64,000 bases of DNA, from positions 2,970-66,969 of the forward strand of contig JAILIF010000108.1 of assembly GCA_024695405.1 (NCBI GenBank), written 5' to 3'. This document shows positions 1-9,809 of the stretch, one piece after another. The position numbers and the translations under genes were made by a program. Every line of letters begins with the position of its first letter. Position 1 is the stretch's first letter. The notes below the pieces were generated by a model, which saw only the letters and a program-made list of their open reading frames with translations, was not told the DNA's origin and made no database searches. This DNA is from Bacilli bacterium. GTDB taxonomy: Bacteria; Bacillota_I; Bacilli_A; RFN20; CAG-826.

Positions 1-1103
1 AACACAATAATTCTGTTTCTTTTGCTTTTGGAAGAGGAAATAATGAAAATTTTAAAATAAAGACATATAAAATTGGTTCAAATTTCAATTTTTTTATTCA
101 TTGTGCAAAAGCAAGACTTTTCGATAAGAGTGGATTATACTCTTCTTTTGCAACAAAAAAGTTGCTTAAGTTTATTGAAAAAGAAAAACCAGATTTAATA
201 AATATACATAATCTTCATGGATATTATCTTAATATTAAAATGCTTTTAAATTATTTATTAAGCAAGAAAATTAAGGTTGTGATTACGCTTCATGATTGTT
301 GGCTTTTCACTGGTCATTGTGCATATTTTGATTATGTAGAATGCGATAAATGGCTTAATTGCTGTGGAAAGTGCCCGTGCAAAAAAGAATATCCAAAATC
401 AATTTTATTTGATAATTCAAAACGAAATTTTCTTGTAAAAAAGAACATTTTTGAAAAATTTGATCCTCGTTATTTAAGCTTTGTTAGCCCTTCAAATTGG
501 CTTATTGGTTTGGCGAGACAGAGCTTTTTGAAAAAATTCTCGTTTAATTGTATTCCAAATGGTGTTGATACTAATGTCTTTAAACATAAAATCAAAGAAG
601 ATAATGATAAATTTTGCATTATTGGTGTGGCTCATCCGTGGACAAAAAGAAAGGGCCTTTCCGACTATATTTTATTATCACGCCTCTTACCTTGTGAGGA
701 ATATTCGATTACTTTAATTGGACTGAGCAAAAAACAAATAAAAGTTTGCACTGAAAGTGGAATTATTGGCATAGGGAAAGTTGGCCTTTCTGAATTAACT
801 AATTATTATCAAAAAGCTGATTTATTTGTAAATTTTACATATGAAGACAACTATCCTACCGTTAATCTAGAGGCAATTTCTTGCGGCACTCCAGTATTAA
901 CATACGATACTGGAGGTAGTAAAGAAAGCGCTTTAAATACTCCTTATATAATTAAAAAAGGCGATGTAGATGGCGCAGCTTCTCTTATACAAAATATAAA
1001 AAAAGATTTTGTTAAAGATAATTTATTTAATGAGAAAGATATATCGTCGGAAAAAATGTGTGAAAGATATCTTTCATATTTTTATGAGAAGGTTAATGAA
1101 TGA
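1..1103 (+). CDS. Glycosyltransferase (GT4-like, polysaccharide biosynthesis), 5'-partial
   Basis: The reading frame (codons from nt 3) is open to the window edge, so the gene starts upstream. The track start at 162 is only an internal TTG. The HDCWLFTGHC and Cys-rich WLNCCGKCPC motifs plus a GT-B C-terminal half are typical of capsule/EPS glycosyltransferases. Confidence 0.6.
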   Translation, partial: HNNSVSFAFGRGNNENFKIKTYKIGSNFNFFIHCAKARLFDKSGLYSSFATKKLLKFIEKEKPDLINIHNLHGYYLNIKMLLNYLLSKKIKVVITLHDCWLFTGHCAYFDYVECDKWLNCCGKCPCKKEYPKSILFDNSKRNFLVKKNIFEKFDPRYLSFVSPSNWLIGLARQSFLKKFSFNCIPNGVDTNVFKHKIKEDNDKFCIIGVAHPWTKRKGLSDYILLSRLLPCEEYSITLIGLSKKQIKVCTESGIIGIGKVGLSELTNYYQKADLFVNFTYEDNYPTVNLEAISCGTPVLTYDTGGSKESALNTPYIIKKGDVDGAASLIQNIKKDFVKDNLFNEKDISSEKMCERYLSYFYEKVNE

Positions 1104-1313
1104 TTACTTCTTGGATTTTAAGATTATTTAATTAAGCTTCTTTTTTTATTAATATATTATTGTGATATTTTATTTATAATAAATTTTATGATTATTGACT
1201 TTGACTTTAAGGCTTAATAATAAGAATTTCAATGCAAAAAATATGCTTTCTTAAAAAATGAAAATGAATTTAGTGCTTTGTCTGATGGTTATTAGTAGAA
1301 TATAGAGGTTATT

Positions 1314-2522
1314 ATGAAAATTTCAGTTGCAGGAACAGGTTATGTTGGATTATCTATTGCAATAATCCTTGCGCAAAATAATAAAGTATACGCTGTTGAT
1401 GTAGTGCCATCAAAAATTAATTTAATTAATTCTAAAAAATCTCCTATTCGTGATAAAGAAATAGAAGAATATCTTTTAACAAAAAAATTAGATTTAACGG
1501 CTACATTGGATAGCGACAAAGCGTTTAAAGAATCTGAATTGGTTATTGTAGCTACACCTACTAATTATGATTCAATAACAAATAAGTTTGATACATCTTC
1601 TGTTGAATCTGTTATAGAGCAAGTAAAAAGAATTAATCCTAGTGCTTGGATAATTGTAAAATCAACTGTAGGAGTTGGTTTCATTAAAAATGTAAGAAAA
1701 AAATATGACTATGATAAGATTTTATTCTCGCCTGAATTTTTAAGAGAAGGCAAGGCTTTATATGATAATTTATATCCATCAAGAATCGTGATGGGAATTC
1801 CAGAAAAGAAAGAGCCATATTTATCTAAAGCTAAAGAATTTGCTGGACTATTGCAACAAGGTGCTATAAAAGAAAATATAGACACACACATTATTGGGTG
1901 TACAGAAGCAGAGGCTGTAAAACTATTTGCTAATACATATTTAGCATTGCGCGTTGCATATTTTAACGAATTGGATACTTTTGCTTTAACCAAAGGCTTG
2001 GACACACTAGATATAATAAAAGGTGTATGTGCAGATCCGCGTATTGGCAATTTCTATAACAATCCGTCGTTTGGTTACGGCGGATATTGTTTGCCTAAAG
2101 ACACTAAGGAATTAAGAGCTAATTTTGAAGATGTACCCGAAAACTTAATAAGCGCTATTGTTGAATCTAATAGTACAAGAAAACAATTTATATGTGATCA
2201 AATCCTGGCTATGGTTGGTTATAAAAACGATGGCAAAGATGATATCACAGTTGGTATTTATAGATTAACTATGAAATCTGGCAGCGATAATTTTAGGGCT
2301 TCATCTATCCAAGGCGTAATGAAAAGATTACACGCTAAAGGTATAAACATAGTTATTTACGAACCAACATTAAATGATGAAGAATTCTTTAATTGTAAAG
2401 TTATCAGAGATCTTGAAGCTTTTAAAAAAATTTCTAAAGTCATTATCGCAAATAGATATGATTCATCAATGGATGATGTCAAAGATAAAGTTTATACAAG
2501 AGACTTGTTAAGAAGAGATTGA
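1314..2522 (+). CDS. ugd: UDP-glucose 6-dehydrogenase
   Basis: N-terminal Rossmann motif [14 protein letters not shown] and a [10 protein letters not shown] catalytic Cys motif; 402 aa; a Shine-Dalgarno-like sequence precedes the ATG. Confidence 0.9.
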   Translation: MKISVAGTGYVGLSIAIILAQNNKVYAVDVVPSKINLINSKKSPIRDKEIEEYLLTKKLDLTATLDSDKAFKESELVIVATPTNYDSITNKFDTSSVESVIEQVKRINPSAWIIVKSTVGVGFIKNVRKKYDYDKILFSPEFLREGKALYDNLYPSRIVMGIPEKKEPYLSKAKEFAGLLQQGAIKENIDTHIIGCTEAEAVKLFANTYLALRVAYFNELDTFALTKGLDTLDIIKGVCADPRIGNFYNNPSFGYGGYCLPKDTKELRANFEDVPENLISAIVESNSTRKQFICDQILAMVGYKNDGKDDITVGIYRLTMKSGSDNFRASSIQGVMKRLHAKGINIVIYEPTLNDEEFFNCKVIRDLEAFKKISKVIIANRYDSSMDDVKDKVYTRDLLRRD

Positions 2523-2523
2523 T

Positions 2524-3714
2524 GTGAAAATTTTGATAAATTATCAACATTATTGGCCTGAAAATTTCCGTATAACAGATATTGCGGAAACACTAGTAAC
2601 ATTAGGAAATGATGTTACTGTTTTATGTGGTCTTCCTAACTATCCGAAAGGATATGTTTTAGACGAATATAAACATGGCAAAAATAGAATCCAAGAGAGA
2701 AATGGGGTTAAGATAATACGCGCAAAAGAAATAGGCAGAAGAAAAGGACCTGTATTCAGGTTATTAAATTATTGGTCATACCCTCATTATGCAAAAAAGC
2801 TTTTAAATAAATTAGATAGAGATTTTGATGTTGTTTATATACAGATGACGTCTCCTATTATGATGGCTAAACCTGGTATTGAATATGGAAAGAGATTTGG
2901 TAAAAAGGTTTTAATGTATGAAATGGATCTTTGGCCAGAATCTTTACTTGCGGGTGGAATTAGTAATAAATCCTTAATATATAAACACTATAAAAAGGTG
3001 TCTACAAAGATATACTCTAGCTGTGATAAGATTTTAACTTCTACAAAAGAGCATATCGATTATATTAAGAAATTATCAGGCTGTAATAATTTAGATATTG
3101 AATGTTTAGAGCAATATGGAGATACAGTTTTTGAAGAAGCAAACTTCAAATCTGTTGATAATGGCGTTATAGATTTAATGTTTGCAGGTAATATAGGTAA
3201 AGCTCAATCATTAGATACTGTTATAAAAGCAGCTTCTATATTAAAAGATGATAATAGATTTAAATTTCATATAGTAGGTAGTGGTAGTGAATTAGATAAT
3301 ATTAAAAAGTTAGCTAATGAATTAAAACTAGATAATGTAATATTCTATGGACAAAAGCCTATAGAAGAGATGCCTAATTTATATAGTTTAGCAGATGCTA
3401 TGTTAGTCACATTAGAAGATAAGTCATACGCTAATATGACTATACCTGGCAAAGTACAATCCTATATGGCTAGTGGTAAAGCTATAATAGGGGCTATTAA
3501 TGGTAGCACTGCTAATTTTATTAAAGATAATAATATAGGATATGTATGTCCTAGCGAAGATAGTGTAGCACTTGCTAATTTAATTAAGACTTTAGATATT
3601 AAAGAGTTATCTGAAATAGGTAAAAGGTCTAAAGAAATATATTTTGAAAAATATTGTAAAGAAAAATTCTTTGCTAAACTAATTAATGATTTAAAAGAGT
3701 TATCTAATAAATAA
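2524..3714 (+). CDS. Glycosyltransferase family 4 (WbuB-like)
   Basis: GTG start 1 nt after the ugd stop. N-terminus MKILINYQHYWPEN; a GT-B fold with an EX7E-like C-terminal region; 396 aa. Confidence 0.75.
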   Translation: MKILINYQHYWPENFRITDIAETLVTLGNDVTVLCGLPNYPKGYVLDEYKHGKNRIQERNGVKIIRAKEIGRRKGPVFRLLNYWSYPHYAKKLLNKLDRDFDVVYIQMTSPIMMAKPGIEYGKRFGKKVLMYEMDLWPESLLAGGISNKSLIYKHYKKVSTKIYSSCDKILTSTKEHIDYIKKLSGCNNLDIECLEQYGDTVFEEANFKSVDNGVIDLMFAGNIGKAQSLDTVIKAASILKDDNRFKFHIVGSGSELDNIKKLANELKLDNVIFYGQKPIEEMPNLYSLADAMLVTLEDKSYANMTIPGKVQSYMASGKAIIGAINGSTANFIKDNNIGYVCPSEDSVALANLIKTLDIKELSEIGKRSKEIYFEKYCKEKFFAKLINDLKELSNK

Positions 3715-3791
3715 CTTTAACTATATATTTTTTAAACTTACTATATATACTTTTAAGTTTCTTCATATAATAAGAATATAGAGGTATTCAT

Positions 3792-4163
3792 ATGAAATTT
3801 TATAGGTGTAAACGTTGTGGCAAGATTGTTGCTTTAGTTAAGGATATTCCTGTACCAACTATTTGTTGTGGTGAAGCTATGGAAGAATTAGTTCCTAATA
3901 CACAAGATGGTGCATTTGAAAAACATATTCCAGTAGTGAGCGTTGATAATAACGTTGTTACAGTAAAAGTTGGTGAAGTAGATCATCCAATGTTAAACGA
4001 ACATTATATTGAATGGATTATGATTCAAACTAATCTAGGGAATCAAAGAAAAGTATTAAAGCCAGGTGATAAATCAATAGCTAGATTTGCTTTGTTAGAA
4101 GGTGAAGAAGTTATTAAAGCTTTAGAATACTGCAATTTACACGGACTATATTCAACTAAATAG
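3792..4163 (+). CDS. dfx: Desulfoferrodoxin (superoxide reductase)
   Basis: N-terminal desulforedoxin Cys4 (CKRCG...CCGEAM), then a neelaredoxin domain with EKHIPV, His ligands and CNLHG; 123 aa. Confidence 0.85.
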   Translation: MKFYRCKRCGKIVALVKDIPVPTICCGEAMEELVPNTQDGAFEKHIPVVSVDNNVVTVKVGEVDHPMLNEHYIEWIMIQTNLGNQRKVLKPGDKSIARFALLEGEEVIKALEYCNLHGLYSTK

Positions 4164-4331
4164 TTAATAGAGAAAGTGTATCAAATAAAAATCTATTAAA
4201 TTATTTTTATATTTAATTTGCTGTTCTTTTACTATATTTATGCAATTACTTGTATGTATTTTTAATTTTACTTGATTTGTTCATATTTGATAGTATACTT
4301 ATGTTCAGTTGAACAAAAAGGAATCAGAAAA

Positions 4332-5375
4332 ATGAACAAAAATTTAAAATTAATCCCACTTGCATTATTAGGGGTATCTGCATTAGCAGGATGTGGAAGC
4401 AGTGATGAGACTATTTATATTTATACTGCTCACGAAGATAATCGTATCGAACAATTTAATAAAGAATTAAAAGCAAAATTTCCAGATTATAAAATTGAAA
4501 TCGTTAGTAAAACAACTGGTGCTTTAATGAGTGAACTCGATGCTAATGGCGTAGAAACTGACTGTGATATTTTCGTTGGTATCGAAATTACTAATGCTGA
4601 AATCTTATTAAAGAAGAACGCTGAATTATTTGCAGATTTATCTGACTATGATACAAGTCATTATGTTGATGAAGTATTAGAATATCAAAAAGATCAAACT
4701 CTTGCTGATGGCACTGTTAGAAAAGGACATAAGAGATATCATATCCAAGATAAAGAAGCAGGATGTATTGTTTATAGTAAATCTTTATGCGGAGAAAACG
4801 TTCCTAAGTCATACGCTGATTTATTAGATCCTAGTTATAAAGGAAAAATTATTATGCCTAATCCTAAATCAAGTGGAACAGGATATTATTTCTATAATGG
4901 TTTAGCTAGTTTAAATGGTAAAGATAAGGCTTTAGAATATTTCACTAGTTTAAACGAAAACGTTAAAGAATGGTCAGCTTCTGGTAGTGGTCCAGTTAAA
5001 GGTGTTGATAAAAAAGATATCGCTGTTGGTTTAGGTATGCACTTCCAAGCAGTTGAATATGCTAATAAGAATGATGATATCGGTATTACATATTTCGAAG
5101 AAGGTTCACCATATACTCTTTATACAATGGGTATGATTAATGGAAAAGAAAAGAAAGAAAAAGTTAAAGAAGTATATGATTATTTCTTCGACTATGTTAA
5201 CTATTTAGATAACTGTAACATTGTTCCTGAAACAATCTATAAACCAGAATTTGCTAAAGAAGTTACAGTCAAAAACTGGAAGTCCCCATCTGATTATGGT
5301 GTTGACTATACTGCAATGAAAAATTTATTAGATCCTGATTTTAAGAATGAATTATTAGACGCATGGAAATTCTAA
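4332..5375 (+). CDS. ABC transporter substrate-binding lipoprotein (Fe3+/2-aminoethylphosphonate/polyamine-type binding-protein family)
   Basis: The ATG at 4332 is preceded by AAAGGAA. Signal peptide plus lipobox LAGCGSS. The binding-protein fold is inferred from its position before the ATPase and permease. The track start at 4272 lacks a Shine-Dalgarno sequence. Confidence 0.75.
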   Translation: MNKNLKLIPLALLGVSALAGCGSSDETIYIYTAHEDNRIEQFNKELKAKFPDYKIEIVSKTTGALMSELDANGVETDCDIFVGIEITNAEILLKKNAELFADLSDYDTSHYVDEVLEYQKDQTLADGTVRKGHKRYHIQDKEAGCIVYSKSLCGENVPKSYADLLDPSYKGKIIMPNPKSSGTGYYFYNGLASLNGKDKALEYFTSLNENVKEWSASGSGPVKGVDKKDIAVGLGMHFQAVEYANKNDDIGITYFEEGSPYTLYTMGMINGKEKKEKVKEVYDYFFDYVNYLDNCNIVPETIYKPEFAKEVTVKNWKSPSDYGVDYTAMKNLLDPDFKNELLDAWKF

Positions 5376-6199
5376 ACGATAAGAAGATAAGTGTTATTAA
5401 CATTAACAAAAGATATAATGGTCAAATTGTTTTAGAAGATATATCTTTTGATATTAAAGAAGGCGAGTTTATTTCTATGCTCGGTGCTTCTGGATGTGGT
5501 AAGACTACTCTTTTAAAGATACTCATTGGTATTGAAACACCAGATAGTGGAACCATCTTAAAAGATGGAGTAGACATCACAAACAATTTACCAAGTAAAA
5601 GAGGAATGGGCTTAGTTTTCCAAAACTACGCTTTATTCCCTAATATGACTGTTTGGAATAACGTAGCGTATGCTTTAAAAGGTAAAAAAGATATGTTACC
5701 TATTTTAGACGCTACAGGAAAACCTGTCGAAGGATCTAAAGAATTAGTTTTAAGAAAACGTTCTAAAGAAGAAATTAAAGCCATAGTAGATGAAGTTATT
5801 GCTATTGTTGGATTATCTGATTACGCTAATAAAAAACCCGGAAAGATGTCTGGCGGTCAACAACAACGTGTTGCTATTGCTCGTACCTTAGCACTTAATC
5901 CAGATATTATTCTTTTCGATGAGCCTATGGCAGCATTAGACGCTGACATTCGTATGTCTTTAAGAAAAGAAATTAAAGCGTTACAAAAGAAATTTAATAA
6001 AACAATGATTTATGTTACTCATGATCAAGAAGAAGCTTTCTCTATGTCAGATAGAATCATTGTTATGAACGATAATCATATCGCTCAATTTGATACACCA
6101 AACAATATTTATAAAAATCCTGCAAATGATTTTGTTAAAAAGTTTGTTGTAAATCATTTAGATGAAAAAGTTTTAGCTATTAAAAATAGCACTAAATAA
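5363..6199 (+). CDS. ABC transporter ATP-binding protein (PotA/FbpC-like importer ATPase)
   Basis: Walker A GASGCGKTT, signature LSGGQQQRVAIAR, Walker B ILFDEP; overlaps the binding-protein gene stop. Confidence 0.85.
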   Translation: MEILNDKKISVININKRYNGQIVLEDISFDIKEGEFISMLGASGCGKTTLLKILIGIETPDSGTILKDGVDITNNLPSKRGMGLVFQNYALFPNMTVWNNVAYALKGKKDMLPILDATGKPVEGSKELVLRKRSKEEIKAIVDEVIAIVGLSDYANKKPGKMSGGQQQRVAIARTLALNPDIILFDEPMAALDADIRMSLRKEIKALQKKFNKTMIYVTHDQEEAFSMSDRIIVMNDNHIAQFDTPNNIYKNPANDFVKKFVVNHLDEKVLAIKNSTK

Positions 6200-6201
6200 A
6201 A

Positions 6202-8751
6202 ATGGAAAAAGCAAAAAGAAATACTAGATTTGACCCTATAATATTTTTACAAATAGGATTAGTTTTAATTCTTTTTGTCTTTTTGCTATTACCTTTATTC
6301 TTCATGCTTTTTAAAGTAACCGGAGATGATTTTTCTTATGTTACTAAAGATGAAATATTTTATAAAGCAATAGGTAATTCTTTACTATATTCATTAATAG
6401 GTACATTAATATCTACTGTATTAGCTACTATATGTGCTTACTTTTTAAGTAGAATTCATTTTAAAGGCAAAAAGTGGTTGGTTATCTTATTAGTTTTACC
6501 TATGTTAATTCCAACTATTTCAATAGGTTTAGGAGTTAGAACATTATTTGGTGTTAACGGATTCCTAGATAAAATGTTTGGATTAAAGTTTGATGGATTA
6601 GGATTCTTCGATCTTATTGTAGGTTCTGTAGTATTTTCTTTTCCAATTGTATTTTTACTTATCTATGATGCTTTATTGTATGAAGATAAAAGTTCTTATG
6701 ATGCCGCTAATACGTTAGGGGTATCTAGATTTAAATCATTTATTGGTATCACTCTTCCTTATCTAAGAAAGACTTTAATATCTGCTTTCTTTGCTAGTTT
6801 TACATTGATATTTGCAGATTATGGTCTTCCAATGGAAGTAGCAGGAAAAGTTAAAACTCTTCCTATGTATTTATATGAGCAAGTAATATCGCAGTTTAAA
6901 TACGGAAGAGGTGCGATTATTTCTTTAGTTTTATTAGTGCCTGCTGTTATTGCATTCGTATTTGATGTTTTATTTAAAGAAAGCAGTGATGGAGTTGCTA
7001 GATCTGAAAAGATTCGTCCTTCTAAGTTATTTAATGGTTTAGGATTAGGTGCGATTATATTTGTTGGAATATTATTAATTATTCCAATGATAGCGTTTAT
7101 TACTATATCATTTGTTAATCGTTTCCCATCGGATATGAGTTTTACATTTGATAACTATATAAATGCTTTCTCTCCTAATTCAACAATATCGATTCTTAAA
7201 TTTTTAAAGAATTCTTTAATTATTTCTTTGTTAGTTGGTTTAGTCGGTACTTCAGTAGCTTATTTATCTGCATATGTATCAACAAGAACTAAGGGAGTTG
7301 TTACTAAACCTCTACATTTGATTTCTATTGCTACTTTAGCGGTTCCTGGACTTGTTTTAGGTATTGGATATGTATTCTTATTCAAATTTACAAAAGGCTG
7401 GTTTGCGGGGACATTAGCAATATTAGTAGTGGTAAATATTATTCACTATTTCTCATCACCATACTTAATGGCGAGAAATGCTTTTGAAAAGATAGATAGA
7501 AATTATGAAACTGTTGCTGAGACACTTGGCATATCAAAGAATTCGTTATTCTTTAAAGTAATGATACCTAACTCAATTGGTACAATACTTCAAATGTTCT
7601 CTTATTTATTTATTAACAGTATGATTACTATCTCTGCTGTGAGTTTCTTATGTAATCAAAATACTACTCCTTTATCAGTAGGTATAACCATTTATGAAAA
7701 TCGAGGAGTTTGGGAAGCAGAATCTGTTATTTCAACTATTATCTTATTAATTAATTTATTAATGAAAATAGGGTTTGATTTTTTAAGTAACTACGTAACT
7801 AAAATAGGAAAAAGAAAGGTGGAAAAGGATATGGAATTAAATCGTTTTCAATTCAATGTACTAGCTTATATCGAGGAACACAATAAGCAAGTATTAACAC
7901 AACGTAGAATCGCAGATGGAGTCACTTTATCATTAGGTACTACAAATAAGATTATTAATCAATTTATAGAAGATGATTTGATTGTAATCCATAATGATAA
8001 AACCATTGAAGTAACCGAGAAAGGATATAAAGCTCTTGAACCATATAAAGTAAGAAAAGCAATTGTTATCGCTGCAGGATTTGGTTCAAGAATGGTACCT
8101 GTAACTTTAGATACACCTAAGCCATTAGTTAAAGTTAATGGAGTACGTATCATTGATACTTTATTAGATGCTTTAATTGCGAAAGGTATTGATAATATCA
8201 CAGTAGTAGTCGGATATAAGAAAGAACAATTCCAACAATTATTAGAAAAATACCCAACATTAAAGTTTATTGAAAACCCTATTTATAATGAATCTAATAA
8301 TATATCTTCTGTATACGCTGCTAAGGATATTATTGATAGATGTTATATATGTGAAGCTGACTTAGTAGTAACTAATCCTAAAGTTATTACTAAGTATCAA
8401 TATTGCTCTAACTATTTAGGAGCGTATGTTTCTGAAACAGATGACTGGTGCTTCTTTAAGAAAGGTAACTACATTAGTAAAGTATCCATTGGTGGAGAAA
8501 ACTGCTGGCATATGATTGGTATTTCTTATTGGGATGAAAAAGATTCCGCTAAGTTAAGAGAAGATATTGTTAAAGTATTTAATTCTAGAGGTGGAAAAGA
8601 AAAGTATTGGGATAACGTTCCTCTTACAGTATGTAAACATGACTTCAAAGTAGAAGTTAGAGACTGTAAGAAAAAAGACGTTACTGAAATCGATAACTTC
8701 TCTGAATTAGTAATTATCGATCCTAGTTACGCAAATTATAAAAAGCAATAA
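6202..8751 (+). CDS. Fusion protein: 12-TM ABC importer permease (two EAA-loop domains), winged-HTH domain, and LicC-family CTP:phospho-X cytidylyltransferase
   Basis: A single 849-codon open frame. Residues 1-543 form two permease halves with EAA-like loops (TLGVSRFKSFIGITLPY and TLGISKNSLFFKVMIPN). Residues from about 544 hold a MarR-like wHTH. The C-terminal roughly 230 aa align with pneumococcal LicC along their length (KAIVIAAGFGSRM..VVVGYKKEQF..YWDN..EID). An in-frame ATG at 7831 carries its own Shine-Dalgarno sequence (AAAGGTGG). Confidence 0.8.
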   Translation: MEKAKRNTRFDPIIFLQIGLVLILFVFLLLPLFFMLFKVTGDDFSYVTKDEIFYKAIGNSLLYSLIGTLISTVLATICAYFLSRIHFKGKKWLVILLVLPMLIPTISIGLGVRTLFGVNGFLDKMFGLKFDGLGFFDLIVGSVVFSFPIVFLLIYDALLYEDKSSYDAANTLGVSRFKSFIGITLPYLRKTLISAFFASFTLIFADYGLPMEVAGKVKTLPMYLYEQVISQFKYGRGAIISLVLLVPAVIAFVFDVLFKESSDGVARSEKIRPSKLFNGLGLGAIIFVGILLIIPMIAFITISFVNRFPSDMSFTFDNYINAFSPNSTISILKFLKNSLIISLLVGLVGTSVAYLSAYVSTRTKGVVTKPLHLISIATLAVPGLVLGIGYVFLFKFTKGWFAGTLAILVVVNIIHYFSSPYLMARNAFEKIDRNYETVAETLGISKNSLFFKVMIPNSIGTILQMFSYLFINSMITISAVSFLCNQNTTPLSVGITIYENRGVWEAESVISTIILLINLLMKIGFDFLSNYVTKIGKRKVEKDMELNRFQFNVLAYIEEHNKQVLTQRRIADGVTLSLGTTNKIINQFIEDDLIVIHNDKTIEVTEKGYKALEPYKVRKAIVIAAGFGSRMVPVTLDTPKPLVKVNGVRIIDTLLDALIAKGIDNITVVVGYKKEQFQQLLEKYPTLKFIENPIYNESNNISSVYAAKDIIDRCYICEADLVVTNPKVITKYQYCSNYLGAYVSETDDWCFFKKGNYISKVSIGGENCWHMIGISYWDEKDSAKLREDIVKVFNSRGGKEKYWDNVPLTVCKHDFKVEVRDCKKKDVTEIDNFSELVIIDPSYANYKKQ

Positions 8752-8762
8752 TGAAACATGTG

Positions 8763-8795
8763 ACCTTCCCGAATAAAGGAAGGTTTTTATTTTAT
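8763..8795 (+). terminator. Rho-independent terminator
   Basis: Hairpin ccttcc-cgaataaa-ggaagg followed by TTTTTATTTT. Confidence 0.6.
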
Positions 8796-8880
8796 GAGCG
8801 TTTTATTTATTTTTATTTTTCATTTGGTGATAATATCTAATTACCTACTAAAATGGTAGGCAATAAAGGAGAAGACAAAT

Positions 8881-9807
8881 ATGTTATTCAAAAACGGATA
8901 TGATTTAGTAGGGGGAACTCCATTACTAGAACTCACACACATCGAAAAAGAATTAAAGTTAAAAGCAAAATTATTTGCTAAAGTTGAATACTTCAATCCA
9001 GCAGGTTCGGTTAAAGATAGAATAGTTTTATCTATGATTAATGACGCTGAAGCAAAAGGTGTACTTAAAGAAGGCACTGTTATTATTGAACCAACTAGTG
9101 GTAATACTGGTATTGGTTTAGCTTCTATTGCAACAATGAAAGGCTATAGAGTAGTTCTTACTATGCCAGAAAGTATGTCTATTGAAAGACGTAAATTATT
9201 AAAAGCATATGGTGCTGAATTAGTCTTAACAGAAGCTAGTAAAGGTATGAAAGGTGCTATTGCTAAAGCAGAAGAACTTAATAAAGAAATTCCTAATTCA
9301 ATTATCTTAGGCCAATTTGTAAACCCAGCTAATCCAAAGGTGCACTTCGAAACAACTGGACCAGAAATTTATAAAGATTTAGATGGTAAAGTTGATGCAT
9401 TCGTTGCTGGTGTAGGAACTGGTGGAACAATTACTGGCGTTGGCAAATATATCAAATCACAAAAAGCAGATGTTAAGGTTGTCGCTGTTGAACCAGCAGC
9501 TTCACCTGTATTAAGTGAAGGTAAAGCTGGACCTCACATGATTCAAGGTATTGGTGCTGGTTTCGTTCCGGATACATTAGATACTAGTGTATATGATGAA
9601 GTTATCAAAATTGAAAATGATGATGCTTTTACATATGGTAGATTTATTGGCAAAAAAGAAGGCATCTTAGTTGGTATTTCTTCTGGTGCTGCTTTATATG
9701 CTGCAATCCAAGTTGCTAGTAGGGATGAATTTAAAGATAAAAACGTTGTAGTTTTATTGCCAGATAGTGGCGATAGATACTTATCAACAAAATTATTCGA
9801 GGAATAA
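8881..9807 (+). CDS. cysK: Cysteine synthase A (O-acetylserine sulfhydrylase)
   Basis: PLP-binding region SVKDR and the TSGNTGIGLA motif; 308 aa; Shine-Dalgarno AAGGAG upstream. Confidence 0.9.
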   Translation: MLFKNGYDLVGGTPLLELTHIEKELKLKAKLFAKVEYFNPAGSVKDRIVLSMINDAEAKGVLKEGTVIIEPTSGNTGIGLASIATMKGYRVVLTMPESMSIERRKLLKAYGAELVLTEASKGMKGAIAKAEELNKEIPNSIILGQFVNPANPKVHFETTGPEIYKDLDGKVDAFVAGVGTGGTITGVGKYIKSQKADVKVVAVEPAASPVLSEGKAGPHMIQGIGAGFVPDTLDTSVYDEVIKIENDDAFTYGRFIGKKEGILVGISSGAALYAAIQVASRDEFKDKNVVVLLPDSGDRYLSTKLFEE

Positions 9808-9809
9808 AA

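Noticed and set aside
43-60. Mini-ORF ATGAAAATTTTAAAATAA (MKILK*), which looks like a truncated glycosyltransferase start and would suggest a pseudogene.
   Set aside because: The glycosyltransferase frame (codons from nt 3) is open through the window edge with no stop. The gene therefore simply starts upstream of the window, and the mini-ORF is in a different frame.
1709-2050. Antisense ORFs inside ugd, the permease, sufB, PFOR and similar genes (1709-2050, 7959-8201, 22572-22760, 61158-61547 and other short track ORFs).
   Set aside because: They are embedded antisense within strongly supported genes, with no Shine-Dalgarno sequences. They are typical reverse-frame open stretches in AT-rich DNA.
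3715-3791. PerR/Fur-like 7-1-7 box upstream of desulfoferrodoxin (ATATAATAAGAATAT).
   Set aside because: Only the left half-site resembles TTATAAT; the right half does not. It cannot be distinguished from generic A/T-rich promoter sequence.
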